A stretch of DNA of 64,000 nucleotides, from assembly GCA_049521435.1 (NCBI GenBank), contig JBEKOU010000010.1, forward strand, positions 4,454-68,453, in the 5' to 3' direction. This document shows, piece after piece, positions 35,812-45,065 of the stretch. Made by a program: the position numbers and the translations under genes. Under the pieces are notes generated by a model, which saw only the letters and a list, made by a program, of their open reading frames with translations, did no database searches and had not been told where the DNA came from. Each line of letters begins with the position of its first letter. The stretch's first letter is position 1. The stretch is from Candidatus Dormibacteria bacterium. Lineage in GTDB: Bacteria; Chloroflexota; Dormibacteria; Aeolococcales; Aeolococcaceae.

Positions 35812-36666
35812 GTGAGCTGCGACTGGTTGTTGATCGACGGCTCGAGCATGATCTTCCGCGCCTTCTACGGGGTGCCCGCGGGTGTCCGCGGACCCGACGG
35901 GCAGCCGATCAACGCGGTCCGCGGCTTCCTCGACACCCTGGCCCGGCTGATCGTCCAGCGCCGCCCCCGTCAGCTCGCGGTGGCGAGCGATGAGGATTGG
36001 CGCCCGGCGTGGCGGGTCGCCCTCATCCCCGCCTACAAGGCCCACCGGGTGGCCGAGCCGGTGCCACCGCTCCTCGAGCCGCAGATGGTCGTGATCTTCG
36101 AGATCCTCTCCGCCATCGGGGTCGACCACCTCGGGGTCGCCGATCACGAGGCCGAGGACGTCATCGCCACGTGGAGCGCGCTTACCAGTGGGACTGTCGA
36201 GGTGGTGAGCGGCGACCGTGATCTCTTCGCCCTCGTCGAGGACCCCCGGGTGCGGGTGCTCTACCCCGAGAAGGGGGGCCTGGCGGTTGTCGACGAGGCG
36301 GAGGTGACCCGCCGCTACGCGGTCCCCGGTCGCCGCTATGCGGACTTCGCGGTCCTCCGGGGCGATCCCTCCGACGGGCTCCCGGGGTTGCGCGGGGTGG
36401 GCGCCGCCAAGGCGGCCGAGCTGATTCGCCGCCACGGCGGGGTGCCCGAGATCCTCCGCGACGCGCCGCTCCCCGAGGCCGATCGCGACTACCTCACCCG
36501 GGCGATGCGGGTCGTCGAGCCGGTGCTCGATCTGCCCATCACGCTGCCCTCGGGGAGGCGCGACCGCTACCCCGACCGGCCCGAGGAAGTGGCGGCGCTC
36601 GCCGCCCGCCACGGGGTCAAGGGCGCCTGCGACCGGCTGATGGCGGTGCTCGCCGCGATGGGCTGA
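35812..36666 (+). CDS. 5'-3' exonuclease (Pol I N-terminal/FEN-like)
   Basis: LLIDGSSMIFRAFYG, AYKAHR, HEAEDVIAT, VSGDRDLFAL and LRGDPSDGLPGLRGVGAKAA-like H3TH region. GTG 35812. The upstream part of the track ORF overlaps the EAL gene and is rejected. Confidence 0.8.
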   Translation: MSCDWLLIDGSSMIFRAFYGVPAGVRGPDGQPINAVRGFLDTLARLIVQRRPRQLAVASDEDWRPAWRVALIPAYKAHRVAEPVPPLLEPQMVVIFEILSAIGVDHLGVADHEAEDVIATWSALTSGTVEVVSGDRDLFALVEDPRVRVLYPEKGGLAVVDEAEVTRRYAVPGRRYADFAVLRGDPSDGLPGLRGVGAAKAAELIRRHGGVPEILRDAPLPEADRDYLTRAMRVVEPVLDLPITLPSGRRDRYPDRPEEVAALAARHGVKGACDRLMAVLAAMG

Positions 36667-36696
36667 TGGGGGAAGGGCCGGGGCGCCCGCCGGGGG

Positions 36697-36725
36697 TTGA
36701 CTTTTGTGATAGGCCAATCAATAAT
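36697..36725 (+). promoter_or_regulatory. Sigma70-like promoter giving a leaderless TetR mRNA
   Basis: TTGACT (36697-36702), 17-nt spacer, AATAAT (36720-36725), then 7 nt to the A of ATG 36733. No SD is present. Confidence 0.5.
36705..36722. promoter_or_regulatory. Candidate TetR operator 1 (TGTGAT-N6-ATCAAT)
   Basis: Imperfect inverted repeat lying within the promoter spacer and -10. It shares the TGAT-N6-ATCA core with 37363-37380. Confidence 0.4.
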
Positions 36726-36732
36726 CATCCAC

Positions 36733-37332
36733 ATGACCCCCCGTGAAGCCGCCACCCGGCTGCGCCAGACCTCGGAGGAACGCCGCGAGCAGGTGGTCGA
36801 GGCCGCCATCCGCGAGTTCGCCGAGCGCGGCTATGAGGCGGCGAGCACGGCCGCCATCGCCGAGCGCGCCGGCATCAGCCAGCCGTACATCTACGCGCTC
36901 TTTCCCAACAAGCGCGATCTCTTCCTGGCCGCCCACGACCGGGTGCAGGGCCGGATCCGGGCCACCTTCCGGGAGGCCGCCCGTGGCGCCCGCAGCCCGG
37001 AGGAGGCCCTGGGGCGGATGGGCATGACCTACCCGGAGCTGATCGCCGACCGCTACGAGCTGCTCATGCAGCTGCAGGCCTATGCGGCCTCGGCCGATCC
37101 CGAGATCCATGCGCACTGCGCCCGCGGCTTCCGGGCCCTGGCGGACGACGTCCGCCAGTTGAGCGGCGCGACGCCGCGTCAGATCGCGGAGTTCTTCGCC
37201 GCTGGGATGATCGCCAACGTCACCACGGTTCTCGGAATCCCGGAGCTGTGCGCCCCGCTCTGGGAGGAGAAGCATGGAGGCGCGGACCTCCCGGCCAAGC
37301 CCGCGACCACGGACCCTCACGCCGCCGCCTGA
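36733..37332 (+). CDS. TetR/AcrR family transcriptional regulator
   Basis: N-terminal HTH RREQVVEAAIREFAERGYEAASTAAIAERAGISQPYIYALFPNKRDLF. Confidence 0.85.
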   Translation: MTPREAATRLRQTSEERREQVVEAAIREFAERGYEAASTAAIAERAGISQPYIYALFPNKRDLFLAAHDRVQGRIRATFREAARGARSPEEALGRMGMTYPELIADRYELLMQLQAYAASADPEIHAHCARGFRALADDVRQLSGATPRQIAEFFAAGMIANVTTVLGIPELCAPLWEEKHGGADLPAKPATTDPHAAA

Positions 37333-37362
37333 CGAGAAGGCGGAATTTTTTTTCACCTGCAA

Positions 37363-37380
37363 ATTGATGGATGTATCAAT
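37363..37380. promoter_or_regulatory. Candidate TetR operator 2 (ATTGAT-N6-ATCAAT)
   Basis: Perfect 6+6 inverted repeat in the AT-rich gap, immediately upstream of the AAGGAG SD (37381-37386) of the MFS gene. Confidence 0.45.
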
Positions 37381-37393
37381 AAGGAGAGCCCCG

Positions 37394-38881
37394 ATGTCCC
37401 GTGCAGCCACCCGGCCCCCCGCACCGACCCGGTTCCCCGCCCTGGTGCGGTCCCCCGCTCCGACCCGCACCGGATGGACGCTTGCCCTGGTCTCGCTGGC
37501 GCTCTTCATGGTCACCCTCGACAACCTGGTGGTGACCTTTGCGCTGCCCAGCATCCGTCTCCAGTTCCACGTCGACATCGCCTCGCTGGAATGGACGGTC
37601 AACGCCTACACCCTGAGCTTCGCCGTCCTCCTCCTCTCCGGGGCCGCGCTCGGCGACCGCTTCGGCCGGCGCCGGATGTTCATCGTCGGGCTTGGCATCT
37701 TCACGCTCGGCTCGGCGGCGGCCGCCCTGGCTCCCAACGCCGGGGCGCTGATCGCCGCCCGCGCCTTCCAGGGCGCTGGCGGCGCGGTGGTGATGCCGCT
37801 GACCCTGACCCTCCTCTCCGAGGCATTCCCCGCCGGCCGGCGCGGCGTCGCTCTCGGCATCTGGTCGGGCATCAGCGGACTCGGCGTGGCCCTGGGCCCA
37901 GTCATCGGCGGAGCCGTGATCAGCGGCATCTCCTGGCACTGGATCTTCTGGATCAACGTGCCGGTGGGACTGGTGGTCGGCCCCCTCGCCGTCCTCCGCC
38001 TCAGCGAGAGCCGGGGTCCCAACGGCCGGTTCGACATCCCCGGGGTGGTGCTCGCGACCGGCGGCCTCTTCGGCGTCGTCTACGGCCTGGTGCGTGCCAA
38101 CGCCATCGGCTGGGGGAGCAGCACCGTGATGGGCGCGATGCTGGGCGGAGCCGCGCTGCTGATCGCCTTCACCCTCTGGGAGCTGCGTTCGCCAGCACCG
38201 ATGCTGCCGATGCGCTTCTTCCGCAGCCGGGCCTTCTCCGCCACCAACGCCGTCTCCTTCGCGATGTACTTCGGGATGTTCGGCTCGGTCTTCCTCCTCG
38301 CCCAGTTCTTCCAGACCGCCCAGCACTACAGCGCCCTGCAGGCCGGGCTGCGGACCCTCCCGTGGACCGGCATGCCGATACTCGTCGCCCCCGTGGCGGG
38401 CATCCTCTCGGACCGGGTGGGCAGCCGCCCCTTGATGGCGACCGGATTGGCCCTGCAGGCGATCGCCCTGCTCTGGATCGATCGGGCCCTGGCGCCCGGC
38501 ATGCCGTACGCGTCGGTGATCATCCCCTTCATCCTCGCCGGCACCGGCATGGCTCTGGTCTTCGCGCCCGCCGCCAACGCGGTGCTCTCCGCGGTGCGCG
38601 GGCATGAGGCGGGCCAGGCTTCCGGCGCCAACAACGCCATCCGCGAGGTCGGCGGTGTCTTTGGCATCGCCGTCCTCGCCGCGGTGTTCTCGCACGCGGG
38701 TGGGTACGCGAGTCCGGTCCAGTTCGTGGCGGGGTTGCAGCCGGCCGTCCTGGTCGGCAGCGGCGTGCTGGCGCTGGGCGCCATCGCCGCGCTCTTCGTC
38801 CCCGGCATCGCGTCGCAGCGCGCTCGGACCACCGAGCGCAGGACCTCCAGCGGCACCGAGGGGGCGGGCGCCGTCGCCTGA
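37394..38881 (+). CDS. MFS transporter, DHA2 (EmrB/QacA-like, 14-TMS)
   Basis: LDNLVVTFALPSI and GDRFGRRRMF motifs with a polytopic profile. AAGGAG lies 7 nt upstream of ATG 37394. Confidence 0.85.
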   Translation: MSRAATRPPAPTRFPALVRSPAPTRTGWTLALVSLALFMVTLDNLVVTFALPSIRLQFHVDIASLEWTVNAYTLSFAVLLLSGAALGDRFGRRRMFIVGLGIFTLGSAAAALAPNAGALIAARAFQGAGGAVVMPLTLTLLSEAFPAGRRGVALGIWSGISGLGVALGPVIGGAVISGISWHWIFWINVPVGLVVGPLAVLRLSESRGPNGRFDIPGVVLATGGLFGVVYGLVRANAIGWGSSTVMGAMLGGAALLIAFTLWELRSPAPMLPMRFFRSRAFSATNAVSFAMYFGMFGSVFLLAQFFQTAQHYSALQAGLRTLPWTGMPILVAPVAGILSDRVGSRPLMATGLALQAIALLWIDRALAPGMPYASVIIPFILAGTGMALVFAPAANAVLSAVRGHEAGQASGANNAIREVGGVFGIAVLAAVFSHAGGYASPVQFVAGLQPAVLVGSGVLALGAIAALFVPGIASQRARTTERRTSSGTEGAGAVA

Positions 38882-38941
38882 CCCCGCGGCCCGGGATGTG
38901 CCGCTGAAGCCGCGCGGACAATCCGCTTGGAGAGACACGAG

Positions 38942-39796
38942 ATGCGTGAACTGACGGTGGAGACAGCAGGAGCAGAGCTCGCGGTGCGGATCAGCCGGCC
39001 GGACGGGGAGCCGCTCCTGCTGCTCCACGGCGGGCCGGGGGTGCCGGATTCGATGCAAGCGGACATCGCACCGCTGCTTCCCACTTACCGGGCGATCAGC
39101 TTTGACCAGCGCGGGGTCGGCCGCTCCCGCTGCCGCGACGGCCTCTACCAGATCGACGACTACCTCGCCGACATCGAGGCGATCCGGGAGCAGTTGGAGA
39201 TCTCCACGTGGCACGTCCTCGGCCACTCCTGGGGCGGTCTCCTCGCCCAGCTGTATGCCGCCCATCACGGACCGCGCGTTCGCAGCCTCGTCCTCAGCAG
39301 CTCGTCGCTGGGCGTGGGCGCCGACTGGAAGGCCACCAAGCGCGACTCCTTCCGGATCGAGCTGGGGCGCGCCGGCGCCGGCGGCACCCTGCGCCTCTAC
39401 CTCTACGGCTCCCTCCTCTTCCCGCCCAACCCCTTCCGGCGATGGGCGATGCGCCACGTCATGACCGAGACGTGGCACAACTACTTCCTCGACCCGGGGA
39501 CCGCACCCGAACCCGACCGGGAGTGGCTCGATGGCTGCTGCCCCACCGCCCTGCTGCGGACCGATCGATCGCTCTCGCGCGCCGCCGAGGATGAGCTCGC
39601 CGCACTGCGGGACTACACGGGGCCGGTACTCGTGCTCTACGGTGCGGACGACATCTTCGGCGAGTCGGTGGCCACCGTCCGAGGTCGCTTTCCCGAGGCC
39701 ACCCAGGTCATCCTCGGCGGGTCAGGGCATCTGCACTGGCTCCAGAACCAGGCCGGCTATCAGGAGGCCCTGAGGAGCTTCTACGCGGCCATGTGA
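38942..39796 (+). CDS. Alpha/beta hydrolase (proline iminopeptidase-like)
   Basis: LLLLHGGPG, FDQRGVGRS and the nucleophile elbow GHSWGG. GGAGAG lies 7 nt upstream of ATG 38942. Confidence 0.75.
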   Translation: MRELTVETAGAELAVRISRPDGEPLLLLHGGPGVPDSMQADIAPLLPTYRAISFDQRGVGRSRCRDGLYQIDDYLADIEAIREQLEISTWHVLGHSWGGLLAQLYAAHHGPRVRSLVLSSSSLGVGADWKATKRDSFRIELGRAGAGGTLRLYLYGSLLFPPNPFRRWAMRHVMTETWHNYFLDPGTAPEPDREWLDGCCPTALLRTDRSLSRAAEDELAALRDYTGPVLVLYGADDIFGESVATVRGRFPEATQVILGGSGHLHWLQNQAGYQEALRSFYAAM

Positions 39797-39801
39797 CCTT
39801 A

Positions 39802-39831
39802 TTGACACGTGACCGATTAGTAACCTATGCT
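39802..39831 (+). promoter_or_regulatory. Sigma70-like promoter giving a leaderless ArsR-SRPBCC mRNA
   Basis: TTGACA (39802-39807), 18-nt spacer, TATGCT (39826-39831), then 7 nt to ATG 39839. The track start ATG 39827 lies inside the -10 element. Confidence 0.45.
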
Positions 39832-39838
39832 CGCAGTC

Positions 39839-40618
39839 ATGGACGACAACAGGGTCTTCCGGGCGCTGGCCGACCCCACCCGGCGCCACCTTCTCGACCG
39901 GCTCTACGAGCGCGACGGCCGCACGCTCACCGAGCTCCTCGAGGACGTGGAGATGAGCCGCTTCGGGGTCATGAAGCACCTGAGGGTCCTGGAGGGGGCG
40001 GGGATGGTCGTGACCCGGCGCGCGGGTCGCGAGAAGCTCCATTTCCTCAACGCCGTCCCCGTCCAACTGATCGCCGACCGGTGGGTCGGTAAGTACACCC
40101 GCGAGAGGGCGGCGGCGCTCGCCGACCTCAAGGCGGCGCTAGATGAAGGAGGAGCCCACGTGTCCCCGACCACAACCAAGCCCACGCAGGTCTACCAGAT
40201 CTACATCCACGCCAGCCCCGAGAAGGTCTGGCAGGCGATCACCAACCCGGAGTTCACCACCCGCTACTTCTACGGGAGCTACGTCGAGTCCACCTTTCAG
40301 CCGAACGCCAAGCTCACCCACTACACGGGCGACCGCTCCTCGGTGATGGTGGAGGGCGAGATCATCGAGGCGGACCCGCCGCACCGGCTGGTCCACAGCT
40401 GGAACCTTCGCTACGACCCGAAGTTCGCCGCCGACGCGGCAAGCCAGGTCACCTGGGAGATCACCTCCGAGGACGGCAAGGTCAGCAAGCTCACCGTGAT
40501 CCACGAGTTCCAGTCCGAGGACGAGAGCTTCGCGGAGGTCGCGTCCGGCTGGAGCTGGGTGGTCAGCAACCTCAAGACCCTGCTCGAGACCGGCGAGGCA
40601 CTGCCGAGCCACGACTGA
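39839..40618 (+). CDS. ArsR-family HTH fused to an SRPBCC (AHSA1-like) domain
   Basis: N-terminus FRALADPTRRHLLDRL..MSRFGVMKHLRVLEGAGMV. The C-terminal ~150 aa (VYQIYIHASPEKVWQAITNPEFTTRYF...) look like an Aha1/START-like fold. Confidence 0.75.
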   Translation: MDDNRVFRALADPTRRHLLDRLYERDGRTLTELLEDVEMSRFGVMKHLRVLEGAGMVVTRRAGREKLHFLNAVPVQLIADRWVGKYTRERAAALADLKAALDEGGAHVSPTTTKPTQVYQIYIHASPEKVWQAITNPEFTTRYFYGSYVESTFQPNAKLTHYTGDRSSVMVEGEIIEADPPHRLVHSWNLRYDPKFAADAASQVTWEITSEDGKVSKLTVIHEFQSEDESFAEVASGWSWVVSNLKTLLETGEALPSHD

Positions 40619-40637
40619 CCGGCGCAGGGGTCTGGGT

Positions 40638-40664
40638 GCCGCCGCCTCGCCGTGGGGCGGCGGC
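40638..40664. terminator. 9-bp GC hairpin between convergent genes
   Basis: GCCGCCGCC-9 nt-GGCGGCGGC, between the stops at 40618 and 40690. No U-tract. Confidence 0.35.
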
Positions 40665-40689
40665 CCCGGCCCCTCGTGAGGCGTCCGCT

Positions 40690-41720
40690 TCAGGGCATCG
40701 GGTGAGCCGCGAAGAAGGCCCACATCAGGTCGTCCGCGCTGACGGCACCGGACTGGGGACCGAGCAGCGAGGTCAGCGAGGCCGGCATCCTGGGGCCACC
40801 CGGCCACTCATGCCCCTCCCCGGTGACGCTGTACAGCTCGACGGCCGAACCGGCGCCGCAGCCCGGGTATGTGGTGAGCGTGTGACCGGACCCGTCGGTG
40901 GTGATGGCCGTGCTCGAGCAGAGGTCCTGCGCGGCCCAGTCCGCCGCCGCCTGGGGGACCGAGTAGGTCCAGTACGCCTCGCCGTTGCCGTCGTACGGGT
41001 CGACGGGATCGGCGGTGCCGTGGAAGGCGATCACCGGGACCGGCCGGCTGGCGGGGCAGGGGGTCGGCCGGCGCAGGCCGCTGACGGGTGCGACCGCGGC
41101 GAGGGTGGTCGAGGCGTCACAGGCGAGCTGGCTCGCCATCCGGGCACCTCCCGAGAAACCGGTCGCGTACACCTCGGAGGTGTCGATGCAGTAGCGCGCC
41201 TCGAGGGCGCCGACCAGCTGAGTGAGGAAGCTCACGTCATCGGCGGATCCGCTCGGGACGGCCCGGCCCCCGACCAGGGGGACGCCGGGCACGTCCAGTC
41301 ATAGCCGCTCCCATCCGGGATCAGTCCCTGCGGATAGGCGACGATGAAGCGGTCGGCGTCGGCGGTGGCGTCCATCCCGCTGAAGGCCTCCTGGTCGGAC
41401 GCCGTCACTCCACTGCCGTGCATGTTGAGCACCAGAGGGGTTGGGCTCGAGGCCGGGTAGCCGGTCGGCACGTGGACGATGACCAACCGGTCGTGGCCCC
41501 CGACGCTCAGGCTCGTGGTGATCGATCCGGGTGATGCGGCGGCCCCGCAGCCGCTCGCACCGGCGGTCGTGGGGAGAGAGGGCGAGGAGGAGGTCAGCTC
41601 TGTCGGGCTGCCGGCGCCCCCGTGGCATGCACTGAGAAGCAGCGCCACGCCGGCCGCGAGCCACGCCAACCTCCGACGCCGCGTGGTCGTCGGGGCGCGA
41701 CGATCCGTCTGTCCGACCAC
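40690..41720 (-). pseudogene. PHB-depolymerase/LpqC-type esterase lipoprotein, split by a -1 frameshift
   Basis: Track ORFs 41232-41720 (lipobox LLLSAC; LVLNMHGSG; ..GSGYDW) and 40690-41292 (VPGVPLVGG..; GFSGGARMA) together make one esterase. The frames join if one A is restored in TGGA(A)CGTG at about 41290-41297. Confidence 0.7.
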
Positions 41721-41789
41721 GCATGGGGCTCTCCTCGCCGTCGTGAGACACCAGATGCTACGACAGAGCTTGGCGGCGGCTCGCGCGGC

Positions 41790-42035
41790 TCAGCCCGTGT
41801 AGCCTTCGACCGTCTCCGCCGAACGCACCGCGGCGCCGGCGGGGTCCTCGCCGTATTCGCGCCGGGCCTGGCGCTGGCGGAGGAGATCCCAGCACTGGTC
41901 GAGGTGGACCTGGACGTCGCGGAGTCGCCGCTGCTGCTCGCTGTCCATGCCGTGGCCATCCGCCGCGTGTGCGTACAGCGCCTCCTCCTCACCAACCAGC
42001 CGTTCGATGTGCTGCAGGACTTCGGCGTCTTCCAT
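41790..42035 (-). CDS. DUF2630 family small protein
   Basis: 81 aa, MEDAEVLQHIERLVGEEEALY..QRRLRDVQVHLDQCWDLLRQRQA. GGAGG lies 6 nt upstream of ATG 42035. Confidence 0.7.
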   Translation of the reverse strand: MEDAEVLQHIERLVGEEEALYAHAADGHGMDSEQQRRLRDVQVHLDQCWDLLRQRQARREYGEDPAGAAVRSAETVEGYTG

Positions 42036-42180
42036 GGCAAACCTCCTCGCGTCCCGGCGGCGGGCTCTCTGCCGGGACGGCTTCCCTGACATCCTCTCAT
42101 CCGGTCCGGCCACTCCGGTCCGGCCACCACGGGCCATGGTGGCGCTGACCTTTCGCCGCCTCCTTGATACCATCCTGACC

Positions 42181-42579
42181 ATGGCAAGCCTGGCCACCGC
42201 CAAGCTGTTTGCGGGACTGCCTGAGCGCGAGATCCGGCAGATCGTCGGCAAGTTCGACGAGGTCCGCCATCCGGCGGGAACGGAGATCATCGAGGGGGGC
42301 GGCCCCGGTGCGGGCTTCCTCGTCGTCGGAGAAGGTCAGCTCGACGTCGAGCTGCCCGACGGCCGCACGCGCCTTCTCGGCCCCGGGGACGCCTTCGGCG
42401 AGATGGCCCTCCTCGACAGGGAGCGGCGCAGCGCCAGCGTGCGGGCCAGGACCGACGTGACCATCTACTGGCTGCCGGCTTGGGAGTTCAAGCCGCTCCT
42501 GGTCGCCCATCCGGAGGTGGGCTACCGACTGCTGGAGCAGCTGAGCCGCCGAGTTCGGCGGGCTGAAGGGGCCGACTGA
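42181..42579 (+). CDS. Stand-alone cyclic-nucleotide-binding domain protein
   Basis: LFAGLPEREIRQI..G..II.EG..G.GFLVV.EG and GPGDAFGEMALLD..RSASVRA are typical cNMP-binding motifs. No HTH follows. Confidence 0.75.
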   Translation: MASLATAKLFAGLPEREIRQIVGKFDEVRHPAGTEIIEGGGPGAGFLVVGEGQLDVELPDGRTRLLGPGDAFGEMALLDRERRSASVRARTDVTIYWLPAWEFKPLLVAHPEVGYRLLEQLSRRVRRAEGAD

Positions 42580-42668
42580 CCGGTCGGCCGGTGTTCGTTC
42601 CACCATCTCGAGCAGGCGCGCTGCGAGTCGGGCGTGAGCCGCACTGAACCCGGGTAGGAGGAGGGTCC

Positions 42669-43400
42669 ATGAGCGCGGTTGTGAGATCTCTGCTGACCGA
42701 CGTCCGGGACACCCTGTTTCCCGGGCGCGGGGCCAAATACGGGCTGCTGCCGCCGCTGCTGATCGGCCTCACCGTGATCACCGGTCTCGTCGACGCCTTC
42801 AGCTATCTGACCCTCGGCCACGTCTTCGTTGCCAACATGACCGGCAACGTCGTCTTCCTCGCCTTCGGATTGGTCGGCGTCGGCGGGTTCACGGTGGTCA
42901 CGTCGCTGGTCGCCATCGGCGCCTTCATCCTCGGTGCGCTGGGGGGTGGCCTCTTCCGCTCGCGCCTCAGCCCACGCCTCCGGCGGCAGCTCGCGGTCGC
43001 GACCGGCACTCAGCTCCTGCTCCTGGTCGCCGGCGTGATCCTCTGTGCCGTCGCCGGTGGCGCGATCGAGGGCGGTCTTCGCTACGGCCTCGTCGCCGTC
43101 CTGGCCGTGGCCATGGGCATCCAGAACGCGACAGCCCGCGGCCTCGCCGTCCCCGACCTCACGACGACCGTCCTGACCATGACCATCACCGGCATCGCCG
43201 CCGACACTCGCGCGGCGGGGGGCACCGGCTCCCGGGCCGGCCGGCGATTGATCTCGATCGCCGCGATGCTGGGCGGCGCGGTGGTGGGCGCCGTCCTGAT
43301 CCTCCGGGGCCAGGTCATCGCATCCCTGGTGGTCGCGGTTATCCTGCTGGCGGTGGTCGCCGGAGGGACGCGACTCGCCCCCGCTGCGCTCGAGAGTTGA
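42669..43400 (+). CDS. YoaK/DUF1275 family membrane protein
   Basis: LTVITGLVDAFSYLTLGHVFVANMTGNVVFLAFG and MGIQNA motifs, about 6 TM segments. Confidence 0.75.
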   Translation: MSAVVRSLLTDVRDTLFPGRGAKYGLLPPLLIGLTVITGLVDAFSYLTLGHVFVANMTGNVVFLAFGLVGVGGFTVVTSLVAIGAFILGALGGGLFRSRLSPRLRRQLAVATGTQLLLLVAGVILCAVAGGAIEGGLRYGLVAVLAVAMGIQNATARGLAVPDLTTTVLTMTITGIAADTRAAGGTGSRAGRRLISIAAMLGGAVVGAVLILRGQVIASLVVAVILLAVVAGGTRLAPAALES

Positions 43401-43449
43401 GGGCCCGGGTGGACTGACCGTACGACCGGTCAGCGCGCGACTCGAACCT

Positions 43450-44493
43450 GTGATGAAGCCATGGCGGCGGGTGTGGCCCCTTCCAGGCGGTGGCATCCTC
43501 GGCCTCGCCGTGGTTGACAGAGTCTGCACCAGGTGCTGGGCGTGGTTTCCCGGCACCCTCGGGAGCTGCCCGCAGTGCGGTGCCCCGCTCACGGCGGCCA
43601 ACGCCGCTCCGCCTCCACCCGCGCTCGGTCCCCCTTCCCGCGTCGACCCGTCATCGCCGCCCCCGGCGGCCACTCCGGAGAGGGGGGTCAACTGGCTCCG
43701 CTGGGCGCTCGTGACGGCGATCCTCGCCGCCGTCGTCCTTGCCGTGTTCCCGATGCCCCAGCTCGGTCTCTGGGGCAATCCCGGATGCAGTCTCCCCGGC
43801 GCGACCTGCACCCGGGTGCTCTTCATCGGCAACAGCTACACCTCGGTCAACGACCTTCCCGGCACCTTCGCCGATCTCGCCTGGGCGGGCGGCCATCGGG
43901 TCCAGACCGAGGCCCTGGACGAGGGGGGATGGACACTCGCAGAGCATCTGTCGGCCTCGGAGACGGCGCCGACCATCGGCTCGGAGCGGTGGGACGAGGT
44001 GGTCCTGCAGGAGCAGAGTCAGATCCCGTCACTCGCTGCGGACAGGATCAGCATGATGTACCCGGCGGCGACCAGGCTGGTCGCGATGGTCCGGCAGCAC
44101 GGCGCCGCGCCGCTCTTCTATCTCACCTTCGCGCACCAGGCCGGCTGGCCGGAGGAGGGTCTCCCCGACTACTCGAGCATGCAGGCCGCGATCGATGCCG
44201 GTTACATCGGAATAGCGGATCAGTTGGGGGTCCCGGTGGCGCCGGTCGGCGCCGCCTGGCAGACGGTGGTCGACGCCGCATCCCACCCGGCGATGTGGCA
44301 GTCGGACGGCAGCCACCCCACCGTGAGCGGCACGTACCTCGCGGCGTGCGTGTTCTACGCCACGATCTTCCGGCAGAGCCCCCTCGGGCTGGGCTACGCC
44401 GATGGCCTTCCCAACGCTGAGGCCCGCACGCTCCAGACCGCGGCGGCAAAGACGGTTCTCGGCGACTCCGCGTTGTGGGGGCTCACCGGCTAG
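43450..44493 (+). CDS. Zinc-ribbon, TM, SGNH/GDSL-like hydrolase-fold protein
   Basis: N-terminus CTRCWAWFPGTLGSCPQCG, then one TM segment. Block I is VLFIGNSYT and block V is SDGSHPT. Confidence 0.6.
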   Translation: MMKPWRRVWPLPGGGILGLAVVDRVCTRCWAWFPGTLGSCPQCGAPLTAANAAPPPPALGPPSRVDPSSPPPAATPERGVNWLRWALVTAILAAVVLAVFPMPQLGLWGNPGCSLPGATCTRVLFIGNSYTSVNDLPGTFADLAWAGGHRVQTEALDEGGWTLAEHLSASETAPTIGSERWDEVVLQEQSQIPSLAADRISMMYPAATRLVAMVRQHGAAPLFYLTFAHQAGWPEEGLPDYSSMQAAIDAGYIGIADQLGVPVAPVGAAWQTVVDAASHPAMWQSDGSHPTVSGTYLAACVFYATIFRQSPLGLGYADGLPNAEARTLQTAAAKTVLGDSALWGLTG

Positions 44494-44568
44494 CGGCAAA
44501 CCCGCCGCCAGCGCCCGACGGCTCCAGCGGGCCGCCGTCGCCGGGTTCATCCCGCGGAGAATGGGGTC

Positions 44569-45027
44569 ATGTCCACCCGCTACGTCCGCCCCGACTGGTT
44601 CACGACCAACGTCTTCAACCGGCTGGTGGCGGGGCTGACCCGCATCGGGATCAGCGTCCTCGGCTCACGCATCCTGGCGGTGCGCGGCCGCAAGACGGGC
44701 CAGTGGCGGACCACCCCGGTGAACCTCCTCACCCACGAGGGCTCGCGGTACCTGGTGGCGCCCCGGGGCGTCACCCAATGGGTGCGCAACGTCCGCGCCG
44801 GCTCCGACGTGGAGCTGCGCATCGGTCGCCGCAGCGAGGCGGTGACGCTCGTCGAGCTGCCGGAGGACGAGAAGCTCCCGGTCCTGCGCGCCTACCTCCG
44901 CCGCTGGAAGGTGGAGATCGGCGCCTTCTTCCAGGGCGTGGGGCCGGACGCGCCGGAGGCTGAGCTGGCGAGGATCGCGCCCGGCTACCCGGCCTTCCGC
45001 GTCGAACCCCACCAGGGCGCCGGCTGA
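44569..45027 (+). CDS. Deazaflavin (F420)-dependent nitroreductase family (DDN-like) protein
   Basis: 152 aa, NRLVAGLTRIG..LAVRGRKTGQWRTTPVNLL..GSRYLVAPRGVTQWVRNVRA. Confidence 0.7.
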   Translation: MSTRYVRPDWFTTNVFNRLVAGLTRIGISVLGSRILAVRGRKTGQWRTTPVNLLTHEGSRYLVAPRGVTQWVRNVRAGSDVELRIGRRSEAVTLVELPEDEKLPVLRAYLRRWKVEIGAFFQGVGPDAPEAELARIAPGYPAFRVEPHQGAG

Positions 45028-45065
45028 CCGCCGGTCCCTGCCCAGAGACCGCCGGACCGAGACGA

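Noticed and set aside
37376-39478. 700-aa minus-strand ORF
   Set aside because: It is antisense to the MFS transporter and the alpha/beta hydrolase, both of which have clear motifs and SD sequences. Its composition (Gly/Arg/Asp/His/Pro) is typical of a GC-driven artefact.
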